Positions 41,546-50,895 of a stretch of 64,000 bases of DNA are shown piece after piece. How positions within the stretch are numbered: position 1 is the stretch's first letter; each line of letters begins with the position of its first letter. Origin of the DNA: Longimicrobiales bacterium (GTDB lineage Bacteria > Gemmatimonadota > Gemmatimonadetes > Longimicrobiales > Gaopeijiaceae). The DNA lies in NCBI GenBank assembly GCA_965249725.1, contig CBDFMQ010000002.1, positions 864,001 to 928,000 on the forward strand. Reading direction: 5' to 3'. The notes under the pieces are model-generated. The model did no database searches. It was not told the DNA's origin and saw only the letters and a list, made by a program, of their open reading frames with translations. A program made the translations under genes and the position numbers.

Positions 41546-42729
41546 CCGGGTCCTCCGACCGACCTCCGCGCGTTCTCGCCGTGGTCGGGACGCGGCCGGA
41601 AGCCATCAAGATGGCCCCGGTCGTGGCCGCGCTCGGTAAGAGCGATCTCGTCGAGACCCGCCTCGCTCTGACGGGGCAGCACAGCGACCTGCTCGACCAG
41701 GCGCTGGAGGCCTTTGGACTCGCCCCGGACTACGACCTGGGGATCATGCGTCCGGGCCAGACCCTCTACGACGTGGCGCAGGGGTGTATCGAGGGCCTCA
41801 AGGACGTGGTCCAGGGCTGGGAGCCCGACATGGTGCTGGTCCAGGGGGATACGGCCACCGTGTTTTTCGCGTCTTTGGTCGGCTTCTTCGAGAAGGTCAG
41901 GGTCGGGCACATCGAAGCCGGCCTGCGCTCCGGAGACAAATGGGCACCGTTCCCGGAAGAGGTATTTCGCCGGCTCACCGACGTGATCACGGACCTCCAC
42001 TTTGCTCCCACGTCGAGAGCTGCCGAGACGCTGTTGGCTGAAGGGGTGAAGCCGGAACACGTCTACGTAACCGGCAATACCGTGGTGGACGCCCTGCTCG
42101 ACGCGACCGCTACCGAGCGAGCACCGGAGGATGCGTCCTTGACCCGTATCCTCGCCGATGAAGATCGACGCCTGGTTCTCCTGACCGCTCATCGCCGCGA
42201 GTCGTTCGGCCAACCTCTGAGAGACGTTTTTTCGGCGGTACGCCAGATCGCAGATGACCATCCGGACGTTGAGGTCCTCTATCCGGTACACCCCAACCCC
42301 AACGTCACCGCGCCCGCTTCGGAACTGCTTGGCGATCATCCTCGGATCAACCTCGTGGAGCCCCTCGCCTACCTCGATCTGGTGACGGCCCTGCGCCACG
42401 CCCACCTGGTCCTCACGGACTCCGGGGGCATTCAGGAAGAGGCGCCCACCTTCGGTGTGCCCGTGTTGGTGCTCCGGGACGTCACCGAGAGGCCAGAAGG
42501 CGTCGAGGCCGGCGTGGCACGGCTCGTCGGCACAAACGGGGCACGCATCGTGGGGGAGGCTCACGAGCTGCTTGCCCGGAGTGGCCATTCCTCCGGCGAC
42601 GGAGCCAGTGCCGCGTCCAGTGCACCCAACCCTTATGGAGACGGGAGGGCAGGGGAGCGTATCGCCGATATCGTGATTTCGACCCTGACCGGTGCCGGTC
42701 GCTCGACCCAGGATTGGGAGGGGCCGTGA
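41542..42729 (+). CDS. wecB: UDP-N-acetylglucosamine 2-epimerase (non-hydrolysing)
   Basis: GTRPEAIKMAP, QGDT, HIEAGLRS and TDSGGIQEEAP motifs. Confidence 0.95.
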   Translation: MTGSSDRPPRVLAVVGTRPEAIKMAPVVAALGKSDLVETRLALTGQHSDLLDQALEAFGLAPDYDLGIMRPGQTLYDVAQGCIEGLKDVVQGWEPDMVLVQGDTATVFFASLVGFFEKVRVGHIEAGLRSGDKWAPFPEEVFRRLTDVITDLHFAPTSRAAETLLAEGVKPEHVYVTGNTVVDALLDATATERAPEDASLTRILADEDRRLVLLTAHRRESFGQPLRDVFSAVRQIADDHPDVEVLYPVHPNPNVTAPASELLGDHPRINLVEPLAYLDLVTALRHAHLVLTDSGGIQEEAPTFGVPVLVLRDVTERPEGVEAGVARLVGTNGARIVGEAHELLARSGHSSGDGASAASSAPNPYGDGRAGERIADIVISTLTGAGRSTQDWEGP

Positions 42730-43856
42730 ACGTGGCCATGCACTGCGTCTACTTTCCTCCCGAAGTTGGCGGACTGGAGAGCCATGTCCACTATCTCTGC
42801 CGAGGCCTCGTGGACAGAGGATGTGGCGTCTCGATCGTCACGTCCCGTTCCCGGCGGGGCCTCCCGTCCTACGAGGTCATGGACGGCATCCAGATCTGGC
42901 GGACCTGGATGCCCGCGAGGAATACGCTGGGTTGGTCCCTTCACGGAGCGAGTTCCACGCCGAGGCTCGGTCAGGTGGCACTCAAGGCCGACATCATTCA
43001 TGCGCAGGCGTTTCAGTCGGTCCTTCCTGCATTCGTGGCCAAGCAGGCCGCGAAGATCCCGCTGGTCTCGACCTGGCATACGTCCCACTTCCTGAAGAGG
43101 GCCGACAGTCCGTTTTGGCGCCCCATCTTCCAACGACTGCTTCGATGGTCCGACCACAACCTGGCGGCCAGCGTCGAGATCGCTGAGGTGGGCGAAGGCA
43201 TCGCCCCGGGAGTGCGTGTGGAGCCTCTCACCAACGGAGTGGAGACCAGTGTCTTTCGCCGCGTGCCTCCGACCCTTCCCGCGTCGGAGAGAAGGCGCGT
43301 CATCGTGCCGCGGCGCCTGTTCCACAAGAACGGCGTGGAGTTCCTGGTAAAGGCTCTGCCCCTCATTGCCGAGGAGGTGGACGTAGAGGCCGTGGTGGTG
43401 GGTGACGGGCCCGAGAGGGAGACCCTGGAGGCCTTGGCCGGGGAGCTGGGGATGACGGACCGCATCCGCTTTCTGGGCGCGCACACCCACGCTGAGATGC
43501 CGGGGCTTCTCAGCTCCGCCGAGCTCGCGATCTTCCCTTCGCTGATGGAGGCCACCTCGGTGGCCGCTCTCGAGTGCATGGCCTGTGAGGTGCCCGTGGC
43601 GGCTTCCGACGTAGGCGGCCTTCCACAGTTGATCGACGGAGAGGTGGGCGGGTTGTTCGAGGCCGGGAATCCCACCGCCTTGGCCCGGACCGTCGTCGCG
43701 CTTCTGCGTCGAGACGACCTTCCCGCTTTGGGAGCCCGAGCGCGTGCGCGGGTGGTGGAGAGATGGAGCAACGCTCGCCTGGTCGACCGGCATCTCGAGG
43801 TGTATGGGGACCTCATCGAGAAGCGACGGTCCTCCGCGCATCAAGCGTCCGCGTGA
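42726..43856 (+). CDS. GT4 glycosyltransferase
   Basis: GGLE N-terminal motif; VGDGPE; ExxxxxxxE (MEATSVAALE); SDVGG. Confidence 0.88.
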   Translation: MNVAMHCVYFPPEVGGLESHVHYLCRGLVDRGCGVSIVTSRSRRGLPSYEVMDGIQIWRTWMPARNTLGWSLHGASSTPRLGQVALKADIIHAQAFQSVLPAFVAKQAAKIPLVSTWHTSHFLKRADSPFWRPIFQRLLRWSDHNLAASVEIAEVGEGIAPGVRVEPLTNGVETSVFRRVPPTLPASERRRVIVPRRLFHKNGVEFLVKALPLIAEEVDVEAVVVGDGPERETLEALAGELGMTDRIRFLGAHTHAEMPGLLSSAELAIFPSLMEATSVAALECMACEVPVAASDVGGLPQLIDGEVGGLFEAGNPTALARTVVALLRRDDLPALGARARARVVERWSNARLVDRHLEVYGDLIEKRRSSAHQASA

Positions 43857-43866
43857 GAGGAGACTA

Positions 43867-46419
43867 GTGGCCAAGGACAAGCGACCGGGCGATTCCGTCA
43901 CAGCTTCTGATCGTCATTCAGATCCGGGAGTCGAGATCCCCGCATGGCTCCCGCCGGTCCTCTACGGCGTGGCCACGCTTTTTCTGTTTCGGTCGTTCGT
44001 GTTCTCCGACGCAATGCTGTTCGGATCGGACACCGCCAGCTTGGGCTATATGGCGCGCGAGTTCTACGCGAACGCGGTGAAAGGGGGAGGGGGGTTCCCG
44101 TTGTGGAACCCGATCATCCTCGGGGGCACGCCGTTCATCGAATCGCTCGCGGGTGGGGATTCGCTCTACCCCCCGAGCGCGATTCTCCTCTTCCTGATGA
44201 GTCCACATCGGGCCTTGGGGTGGAAGTTGATCTGGCACGTGTTCTTCGCCGGTCTCTTCATGTACGGGTGGATCCGTTGCCTGGGCCTCTCCCGGGCCTC
44301 GGCGATGCTGGCCGGGTTGGCCTATAGTCTGGCGCCGTTCATGGTGTCGCTGGTTCATGGGGGGCAGGACGGGAAGATCTTCGTCATGTCGCTCACGCCC
44401 TTGATGTTCTGGGCCACCGAGTCGTTCTTCCGCCGACCGAATTCAGCTCGCTTCGCGGCTCTCAGTCTCGTGATCGGTGGCATCATCCTCACGACCCATT
44501 TCCAGACGGCGTACTTCCTGTTCGGTGGGGTGGGCGCGTACGCGCTGTTCCGCACCCTACAGATCTGGCGGCAGGGTGACGGAGGAAAGGGCGCGGAAGG
44601 GAGCGGGGACGAATCCACTCCTCCTGTAGAGAGTGGAGGCGGTAGCCGTAGAGCCCTGGTCCGGTTCGGCGCGTTCATGATCGCCGCTGTGCTCGGAGCC
44701 GGGATCGCAGCCGTTCAACTCGTGCCCGCCAGTTCCTACGTAGTCGACCACTCCCGGAGAACGTCCACGACGACCCAGGCGGAGGGTGAAGAGGCCATCG
44801 CCTACTCCAGTTCCTGGTCGCTCCATCCCGAAGAGATCGTCGGACTGGTCGTCCCCGAGTTCGTGGGCGTATCGGAAGCCGAGGCGGATTGGGCCCGGGG
44901 GACCTACTGGGGCCGCAACGTCTTCAAGGGCAACCACGAGTACGGCGGTCTGGTGGTCCTCCTACTGGCAGCGGTCTCCTTTTTCGGCGCCCCCCGAAGG
45001 CACCTGAGGTACTTCCTGGCCGGTCTGGGAGGCTTCGCCCTCCTCTTCTGCCTCGGCGGCCACACGCCCGTCTGGAGGCTCACGTACGAGTTGATCCCCG
45101 GGATTTCGCTCTTTCGAGCGCCCTCCCTCGCGATCTTCATCTTCGGCTTCAGCACCGCGACACTCGCGGCGTTCGGGGTCGAACGTCTGCTTCACCTTTC
45201 CAGAGAGGGCAGTGAAGCCGAATGGACTCGCCCCGGACGGTTCCTGTGGCTCGCCACCGGGGTGCTCGTTCTGGGCCTGCTTCTGGCGGCCGCGGGCACT
45301 CTCACCGACCTGTGGACCGGCGTGATGTACCGGGACATCCCGGAGAGATCGGTCGAGGTTCTCGGTGCCGCCCAACCCTTCATCCTCAGAGGGTTCATGG
45401 TGGCGGTCCTCCTGGCCACTGCCACCGCCGGTGTCGCCTGGGGTCTCAGAACCGCCCGGCTGGCCCCCTTGGGCGCGGTCACGGTGTTGGTGTTCTTGAT
45501 TGGAGGGGATCTAATCCGCGTCGACACGGCCTTCATTCGGAGCACCGACTTCGAGCTCTTTCGAGGGGCGGACCCGAACATCGACATGCTGCTCGAGCGG
45601 CAACGCACCGAAGAGCCCTTTCGGGTCTTCTCCATTGGTCAGAGCCTCAACGGACAGGACGTGCGCCCCGGCATGTTCGGCCTCGAGCTGGCGGCCGGGC
45701 ATCATCCCAACGACCTGGCACGGTATCGCGACCTGATCGGGATGGTGGGGAGCAGCCTTCCGATCAACTTGGTGAGTTCCGCCAACGTCCTGCGGATCCT
45801 CAACGTACGGTACATCCTGTGGCCTGATCGGCTGGGCACGCCCGAGGACCAGGAACTGCCGGCACCCATTACCGACAACTTGGAGTTGATCAGCCAAACG
45901 ACGATCGGAGGCCGCCCCTACGAGTCGGTGTACCGCTTTACCGATCTTCCCAGGGCGCGACTCGTGGGTGAGGCCGTGGTGCTCCCGGATGACCAGGCCG
46001 TGCCCTTCATGCTCAGCGGGAGTTTCGATCCGGCTATGCAGGTGGTCTTGGACGCGCCGCCCCCTATCGAGTTATCGGGCGGCGCCATTGAGGGGGGGGT
46101 GGAGTGGGTCGAGCGTGGCAACAACAGCATGCGGCTTCAGGTGACCGCCGACCGAGCAGGGCTTCTGGTGCTGGCCGACAATTGGTTCCCGGCGTGGCGC
46201 GCGCGCGTCGATGGCGGTGACGTCCCCGTCCTCCGTGCGAACCACACACTCCGCGCGGTACCCGTCACGGCCGGCGTCCACGAAGTGGAGCTGTTCTACG
46301 CCTCACCACAACTCAGGTGGAGCCTCCAGCTCACCGTACTGAGTCTGCTATTGGTGTCGGCGCCGCCCTGCGTGCGATGGCTTCGAACCCGGAGCGGACG
46401 AGGAGCCCTCTCCCCGTGA
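43867..46419 (+). CDS. YfhO-family (GT-C-like) multi-TM membrane protein
   Basis: PLWNP..LGGTP N-terminal motif; many TM helices; C-terminal FPAWRARVDG...RANHTLRAVPVTAGVHEVEL. Confidence 0.82.
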   Translation: MAKDKRPGDSVTASDRHSDPGVEIPAWLPPVLYGVATLFLFRSFVFSDAMLFGSDTASLGYMAREFYANAVKGGGGFPLWNPIILGGTPFIESLAGGDSLYPPSAILLFLMSPHRALGWKLIWHVFFAGLFMYGWIRCLGLSRASAMLAGLAYSLAPFMVSLVHGGQDGKIFVMSLTPLMFWATESFFRRPNSARFAALSLVIGGIILTTHFQTAYFLFGGVGAYALFRTLQIWRQGDGGKGAEGSGDESTPPVESGGGSRRALVRFGAFMIAAVLGAGIAAVQLVPASSYVVDHSRRTSTTTQAEGEEAIAYSSSWSLHPEEIVGLVVPEFVGVSEAEADWARGTYWGRNVFKGNHEYGGLVVLLLAAVSFFGAPRRHLRYFLAGLGGFALLFCLGGHTPVWRLTYELIPGISLFRAPSLAIFIFGFSTATLAAFGVERLLHLSREGSEAEWTRPGRFLWLATGVLVLGLLLAAAGTLTDLWTGVMYRDIPERSVEVLGAAQPFILRGFMVAVLLATATAGVAWGLRTARLAPLGAVTVLVFLIGGDLIRVDTAFIRSTDFELFRGADPNIDMLLERQRTEEPFRVFSIGQSLNGQDVRPGMFGLELAAGHHPNDLARYRDLIGMVGSSLPINLVSSANVLRILNVRYILWPDRLGTPEDQELPAPITDNLELISQTTIGGRPYESVYRFTDLPRARLVGEAVVLPDDQAVPFMLSGSFDPAMQVVLDAPPPIELSGGAIEGGVEWVERGNNSMRLQVTADRAGLLVLADNWFPAWRARVDGGDVPVLRANHTLRAVPVTAGVHEVELFYASPQLRWSLQLTVLSLLLVSAPPCVRWLRTRSGRGALSP

Positions 46420-47363
46420 AGACGATCGGCGTGCGAGTCGGTCAGATCGTCCTCACGGTCATCGTCACCTGGTTCATTCTGGACCGTGTAGGCGTCGATC
46501 TGGCGGCCCTCGGCGCCGTGGACCCGGCGGAGTGGAGCCCCAACCCTCTCGTTTTGGCTCTTTCGTGTGTCGTGCTGCTCTCGGGCTACCTCCTTTCGGC
46601 TGGGCTTTGGGGACGGATCGTGCGCGACTTGGGCGGTCCCGCGCTGCCCATGTGGACCGCGATGCGGCTCTTCATGGTCGCGAACCTGGGCCGATACGTA
46701 CCCGGCAAAGTGTGGCAGATCGCCGGGTTGGCGTACATGGCAAAGGGACAAGGGGTCTCCGGAGGAGTCGCGACTGGGGCGGCGGTCCTGGGGCAGGGGG
46801 TGGCCCTGCTGGCGGCCTCACTGATCGGTGTCGGGACCCTGTTCGGGCCCAACGAGGCCTGGCGGCGATTCGGATGGGCGGGACTCGTCTTCGGGATCAC
46901 GTTCGCGGTTGTCATCGTGGCCGTGGTCACCGTCCCGTCGCTCTTCCGGCGCCTCATCGGAATCTGGTGTCGTCTGACCCGCACCGTCCCGCCGGAGGAC
47001 CCTCACGATGCAGGCAACGTCGGCCTCCGCTGGCTCGCCCTGTACGTGCTGAATTGGGGGATCTACGCGACGGCATTTTGGTTACTTTACCTCAGCTTCG
47101 GGGAATGGAAGACGTTCCTGCAGATCGGGCCCGCGTTCGCCGCCGCATATGTCGCGGGTTATCTGGCCGTCTTCGCACCCGCGGGAGCGGGCATACGAGA
47201 GGGGTTCCTCGTCGTTCTGCTGCAGCCGACCATGAGCGGGGAGGCCGCGCTGGTAGTCGCGTTGGTGGCACGGGTCTGGACCACTGCGGTGGAGCTCGCG
47301 CCTGCGGCGATCTTCGCCGCGATGCACACTCGATCCTCCAACTCTGAACAGAGCCCAAGGTGA
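46416..47363 (+). CDS. Lysylphosphatidylglycerol-synthase-TM (UPF0104) flippase-like protein
   Basis: NLGRYVPGKVW and PAGAGIRE motifs; multi-TM. Confidence 0.8.
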   Translation: MKTIGVRVGQIVLTVIVTWFILDRVGVDLAALGAVDPAEWSPNPLVLALSCVVLLSGYLLSAGLWGRIVRDLGGPALPMWTAMRLFMVANLGRYVPGKVWQIAGLAYMAKGQGVSGGVATGAAVLGQGVALLAASLIGVGTLFGPNEAWRRFGWAGLVFGITFAVVIVAVVTVPSLFRRLIGIWCRLTRTVPPEDPHDAGNVGLRWLALYVLNWGIYATAFWLLYLSFGEWKTFLQIGPAFAAAYVAGYLAVFAPAGAGIREGFLVVLLQPTMSGEAALVVALVARVWTTAVELAPAAIFAAMHTRSSNSEQSPR

Positions 47364-48091
47364 TGGACCCGACCGCACGCATCCTCGTGGTGATCCCCAC
47401 GTACAACGAGGCAGACAACCTGCTTCGGATCGTGCCGCTCGTGTTGAATCAGGACTCTCGGATCGACGTCTTGGTCGTCGACGACGACTCCCCGGACGGT
47501 ACCGGTGACTTGGCGGATGATCTCGCCGAGGAGTTGGACCGGGTCCATGTCCTTCACCGATCGGGGAAGCAGGGGTTGGGGAAGGCCTACCTGGAGGGCT
47601 TCGAGTGGGGCCTCAGTCGAGAGTATGCTCTCCTGATCGAGATGGACGCGGACTTCTCGCACGACCCCGACGCATTGCCCGAGTTCATCGAGAAAGCGCG
47701 TGACTTCGATGTGGTCCTGGGGTCGCGCTATGTGGGAGGACACGTGACGGTGATCAACTGGCCGATGAGTCGCCTGCTCATCAGCTACTTCGGCAGTCGC
47801 TACGCCCGCATCGTCACCGGCCTGCCCGTACGCGATGCCACCGGTGGGTTCAACTGTTGGCGGCGGGAGGTGCTGGAAGCTCTGGACTTCGATCGGATCG
47901 AGTCGAACGGATACACGTTCCAGATCGAGCTGAAGCTCAGGGCATGGCGTCGCGGTTTCTCCCTGACCGAGATCCCCATCATCTTCGCGGAACGCGATTC
48001 GGGCGAGTCGAAGATGTCGAAGAAGATCGTGGTCGAGGCGGTCTGGAAGGTCTGGAAATTCCGCCTGCTCCAGCTCTTCGGTCGTCTGTAG
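47363..48091 (+). CDS. Polyprenol monophosphomannose synthase (DPM1-like GT2)
   Basis: IPTYNE, DDDSPDGT, MDADFSH, DATGGF, GYTFQIE and GESKMS motifs. Confidence 0.9.
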   Translation: MDPTARILVVIPTYNEADNLLRIVPLVLNQDSRIDVLVVDDDSPDGTGDLADDLAEELDRVHVLHRSGKQGLGKAYLEGFEWGLSREYALLIEMDADFSHDPDALPEFIEKARDFDVVLGSRYVGGHVTVINWPMSRLLISYFGSRYARIVTGLPVRDATGGFNCWRREVLEALDFDRIESNGYTFQIELKLRAWRRGFSLTEIPIIFAERDSGESKMSKKIVVEAVWKVWKFRLLQLFGRL

Positions 48092-48102
48092 CCGACCACT
48101 CC

Positions 48103-48780
48103 ATGCCGATCCAGCACCTCCTCTACCGATGTCCCCGGTGCGGCCACGACCCGATGACCGCGATTTCGCGGAGGGCTAGGTGCGATTCCTGTGGTACGAT
48201 CTTCGAGCAGGGCAGGGCCGGAGCCATCATCGTTCGTTCCGCTGACGGAAACGTGGAAGAGGCCTCCGTCGATGCGCTCATAGACGCGATCGACCGGTTC
48301 GGATCAGAAGATTCGGTAGGTGACCCGGTGGGTGGAGATCCGGTGGGTGAAGATCCGGTGGGTGAAGCTCCGGTGGGTGAAGCTCCGGTGGGTGAAGCGT
48401 TCCACGAAGCCCACGTAACGGTAGGCTGCGGGAACCGGCACGAGGCGGTGTGGTGGAAGAACCGGGTCCTCGGCTTCTTCGAACGGATCACCGACCGGCG
48501 TGACGGAGTCCTCCGGCTCGATGGGAGTGGCGTGACACTCACCTCGCCCGGACGTCAGCCTCTGGTCTGGAATCTGGAGAGCATCAGTGCGATTCAGATC
48601 AGCTCGAAGGCGATCCAACTGAACATCCGGGACACCGGGCTCCAACAGATGGAATTTCGGAGCGACTCGCCGAAGCGCTGGGACGATCTGTTGAAGGCGG
48701 CCTTGAGCCGATTCTACGGGGCACGCGGTCTCGAGGTGGTCGAGTTTCAACCGCGCGTCGTAACGAGACGGAAGCCGTGA
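48103..48780 (+). CDS. Hypothetical Zn-ribbon protein with a PH-like C-terminus
   Basis: LLYRCPRC...CDSCG; stop overlaps the start of the acyltransferase. Confidence 0.7.
   Translation: MPIQHLLYRCPRCGHDPMTAISRRARCDSCGTIFEQGRAGAIIVRSADGNVEEASVDALIDAIDRFGSEDSVGDPVGGDPVGEDPVGEAPVGEAPVGEAFHEAHVTVGCGNRHEAVWWKNRVLGFFERITDRRDGVLRLDGSGVTLTSPGRQPLVWNLESISAIQISSKAIQLNIRDTGLQQMEFRSDSPKRWDDLLKAALSRFYGARGLEVVEFQPRVVTRRKP
48310..48399 (+). repeat. In-frame 15-bp tandem repeat with CCGGTGGGTG core, x5 plus a degenerate copy
   Basis: Read directly; encodes PVGGD/PVGED/PVGEA. Confidence 0.95.
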
Positions 48781-49406
48781 TTCTCTACCGTACTGCCCGT
48801 CTGATTGCCGGGGCCTACTTCAGGACCGTCATCAACCTCCGGTTCGAGGGGACCGAGAACATCCCCGCGGACGGAGCGTTCCTCATCGTGGTGAACCACC
48901 AGAGCAACCTCGATCCGCTCCTCGTACACACCTACTGTTCGCGCCTGGTTTTCACCCTGGCCAAGAGCTCCGCGTTTCGGCATCGCATCATGCGCTGGAT
49001 CGCGCCCCGGGTGGGCGCGTTCCCGACCCGTCGCTATCAGGTCGATCCACAGGCCGTGCGCGTGGCGCTCCGCTTCCTGGAAGAGGGAAGGGCCGTCGGG
49101 GTCTTCCCTGAGGGAGAGCGGTCCTGGGATGCCAAGCTGCAGAAGCTGCGCCCAGGTACCGTGCGCTTGATGCTCAAGGCCGGTGTCCCGGTGATTCCTT
49201 GCGGCATCGCCGGCACCTACGAGGTATGGCCCCGTTGGGGCAGGATGAACTGGTTCGGTTTCGGCCCGGGGCGCCCTCCCGTGACGATTCGGTACGGATC
49301 GCCCATCCACTTCGGTAAGCACGACGATCGGGCCAGCCGCGAGGCAGTGGTGTCGGAGGCCACCAGGCAGGTGGAGGAGGCCCTTCTGGGCCTGATGAAA
49401 CCGTGA
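48777..49406 (+). CDS. Lysophospholipid acyltransferase (PlsC-like)
   Basis: NHQSNLD (HxxxxD) and FPEGER motifs. Confidence 0.9.
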   Translation: MILYRTARLIAGAYFRTVINLRFEGTENIPADGAFLIVVNHQSNLDPLLVHTYCSRLVFTLAKSSAFRHRIMRWIAPRVGAFPTRRYQVDPQAVRVALRFLEEGRAVGVFPEGERSWDAKLQKLRPGTVRLMLKAGVPVIPCGIAGTYEVWPRWGRMNWFGFGPGRPPVTIRYGSPIHFGKHDDRASREAVVSEATRQVEEALLGLMKP

Positions 49407-50104
49407 GTGAAGATCGTATCGGGCGGGAATTCTATGACCGATCCGACTATTTCGAAGAAGGCACCGAGCACCTGCGTGATCTCGCGAGCCCGTTTCAGCA
49501 GTATCGGGTGAACAACGTTCTCCGGCTCTACGAACCGGGAAGAGACGAACGGGTGCTGGACCTCGGTTGCGGGTGGGGCACGTTCTGCTGGGCCTTGGCC
49601 CACCGGGTCCGCGAAATGGTCGGCCTGGACTTCAGTCAGAAGAGCGTCGACCTCTGTGAGGCCCGGCTCGGCGAATCCGGCCTCGACAACGTCTCGTTCC
49701 TCTGTGCCGATGCCCGCGACACATCACTCGAGGCAGAGAGCTTCGATCTCGTCATCGCCGCCGACTTGATGGAGCACCTCTATCCGGACGACAGTCAGGC
49801 TGTAATCGCGGAAGCCTACAGACTCTTGAAGCGGGGAGGACGACTGAGCATCTGGACGCCTCACCGCGGGCACATCCTCGAGGTGTTGAAGGCGCGCGAT
49901 CTGATCATCAAGCGAGATGTGAGCCATGTGGACTACAAATCCATGGAGGTTCTGAAGCACCTCCTCACCGAGGAGGGCTTTTTGGTCGAGAAGGCCTACT
50001 ACACGGAGTCGCACCTACCGGGACTGCGGTCCGTCGAGCGGGCCCTCTTGTCCTGGATTCCGCTCCTGAGACGACGCATCGGCGTGCTGGCTCGAAAGCC
50101 CTGA
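49403..50104 (+). CDS. Class I SAM-dependent methyltransferase
   Basis: VLDLGCGWG, FDLVI and LKRGG motifs. Confidence 0.88.
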   Translation: MSEDRIGREFYDRSDYFEEGTEHLRDLASPFQQYRVNNVLRLYEPGRDERVLDLGCGWGTFCWALAHRVREMVGLDFSQKSVDLCEARLGESGLDNVSFLCADARDTSLEAESFDLVIAADLMEHLYPDDSQAVIAEAYRLLKRGGRLSIWTPHRGHILEVLKARDLIIKRDVSHVDYKSMEVLKHLLTEEGFLVEKAYYTESHLPGLRSVERALLSWIPLLRRRIGVLARKP

Positions 50105-50144
50105 TCGTAGCACTTTCAGCCAACCCACGAGCCAGGAGCAGGAG

Positions 50145-50753
50145 ATGATCTCGCGCCGTACAGTCGTACGACGGATAGTAACATGGCGCCGAGGATCGCC
50201 GATGTCTTCAGTCGATAGCTGCCGACTGGCAGCCGGAGTGCTGCTCATCACGGCTCTACAGGCGTGTACGCTGGTAGGGACCGGTCCTATGGCGCCAAGG
50301 CCCGGAGGGCCCGCGGATACGCCAACGGGGGGCGTCCCGGACGCCATACCGAGGCCTGAAGTGAAGACACGGAGCGGAAACCCTGTTTCGTACGAGCAGG
50401 ATGGCAAGGAATACCGGGTGTTAGAGACCAGCCGTGGGTATCGGGAGGTCGCGATGGCGTCCTGGTACGGCCAAGCCTTCCAGGGACGCAGGACGTCGTC
50501 GGGTGAACCGTACGACATGTACAAGATGACCGCGGCCCATAAGACGTTGCCGCTGCCGACCTACGTGCGAGTGACGAACCTGGACAACGGGCGTAGTGTG
50601 GTCGTGAAGGTCAACGACCGAGGGCCGTTCATAGAGGGCCGGATCATCGATCTGTCGTATGTGGCTGCCCAGAGGCTCGATATGGTGGCGAGGGGAACGG
50701 CACGTGTCGAAGTGGTCGCCCTCGATCCGCCGGCCAGGGATCCGGGTCTCTAA
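50145..50753 (+). CDS. rlpA: Septal ring lytic transglycosylase RlpA family lipoprotein (start uncertain)
   Basis: ASWYG, TAAHKTLP and VNDRGPF...RIIDLS motifs; LQAC lipobox. Confidence 0.9.
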   Translation: MISRRTVVRRIVTWRRGSPMSSVDSCRLAAGVLLITALQACTLVGTGPMAPRPGGPADTPTGGVPDAIPRPEVKTRSGNPVSYEQDGKEYRVLETSRGYREVAMASWYGQAFQGRRTSSGEPYDMYKMTAAHKTLPLPTYVRVTNLDNGRSVVVKVNDRGPFIEGRIIDLSYVAAQRLDMVARGTARVEVVALDPPARDPGL

Positions 50754-50786
50754 TGCGAGAGAGAAGGTGGGTCCACTGAATCTCTT

Positions 50787-50814
50787 ACTTAACATAATAT
50801 ATATTATACGAACT
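50787..50814. other. dif chromosome dimer resolution site (XerC/XerD)
   Basis: Reverse complement AGTTCGTATAA-TATATA-TTATGTTAAGT versus E. coli dif GGTGCGCATAA-TGTATA-TTATGTTAAAT; AT-rich island between convergent genes. Confidence 0.9.
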
Positions 50815-50895
50815 TGGCCCAAACGACCCGGAAAAGGCCGCAACCCCGTCATTTAAGGAAGATTCGGCCTCTTAGAGACTGTCTTTGGGGTCTGC

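Noticed and set aside
48310..48399. Tandem repeats as a CRISPR array
   Set aside because: No unique spacers, units of 15 bp or less, in-frame within a CDS, and no cas genes
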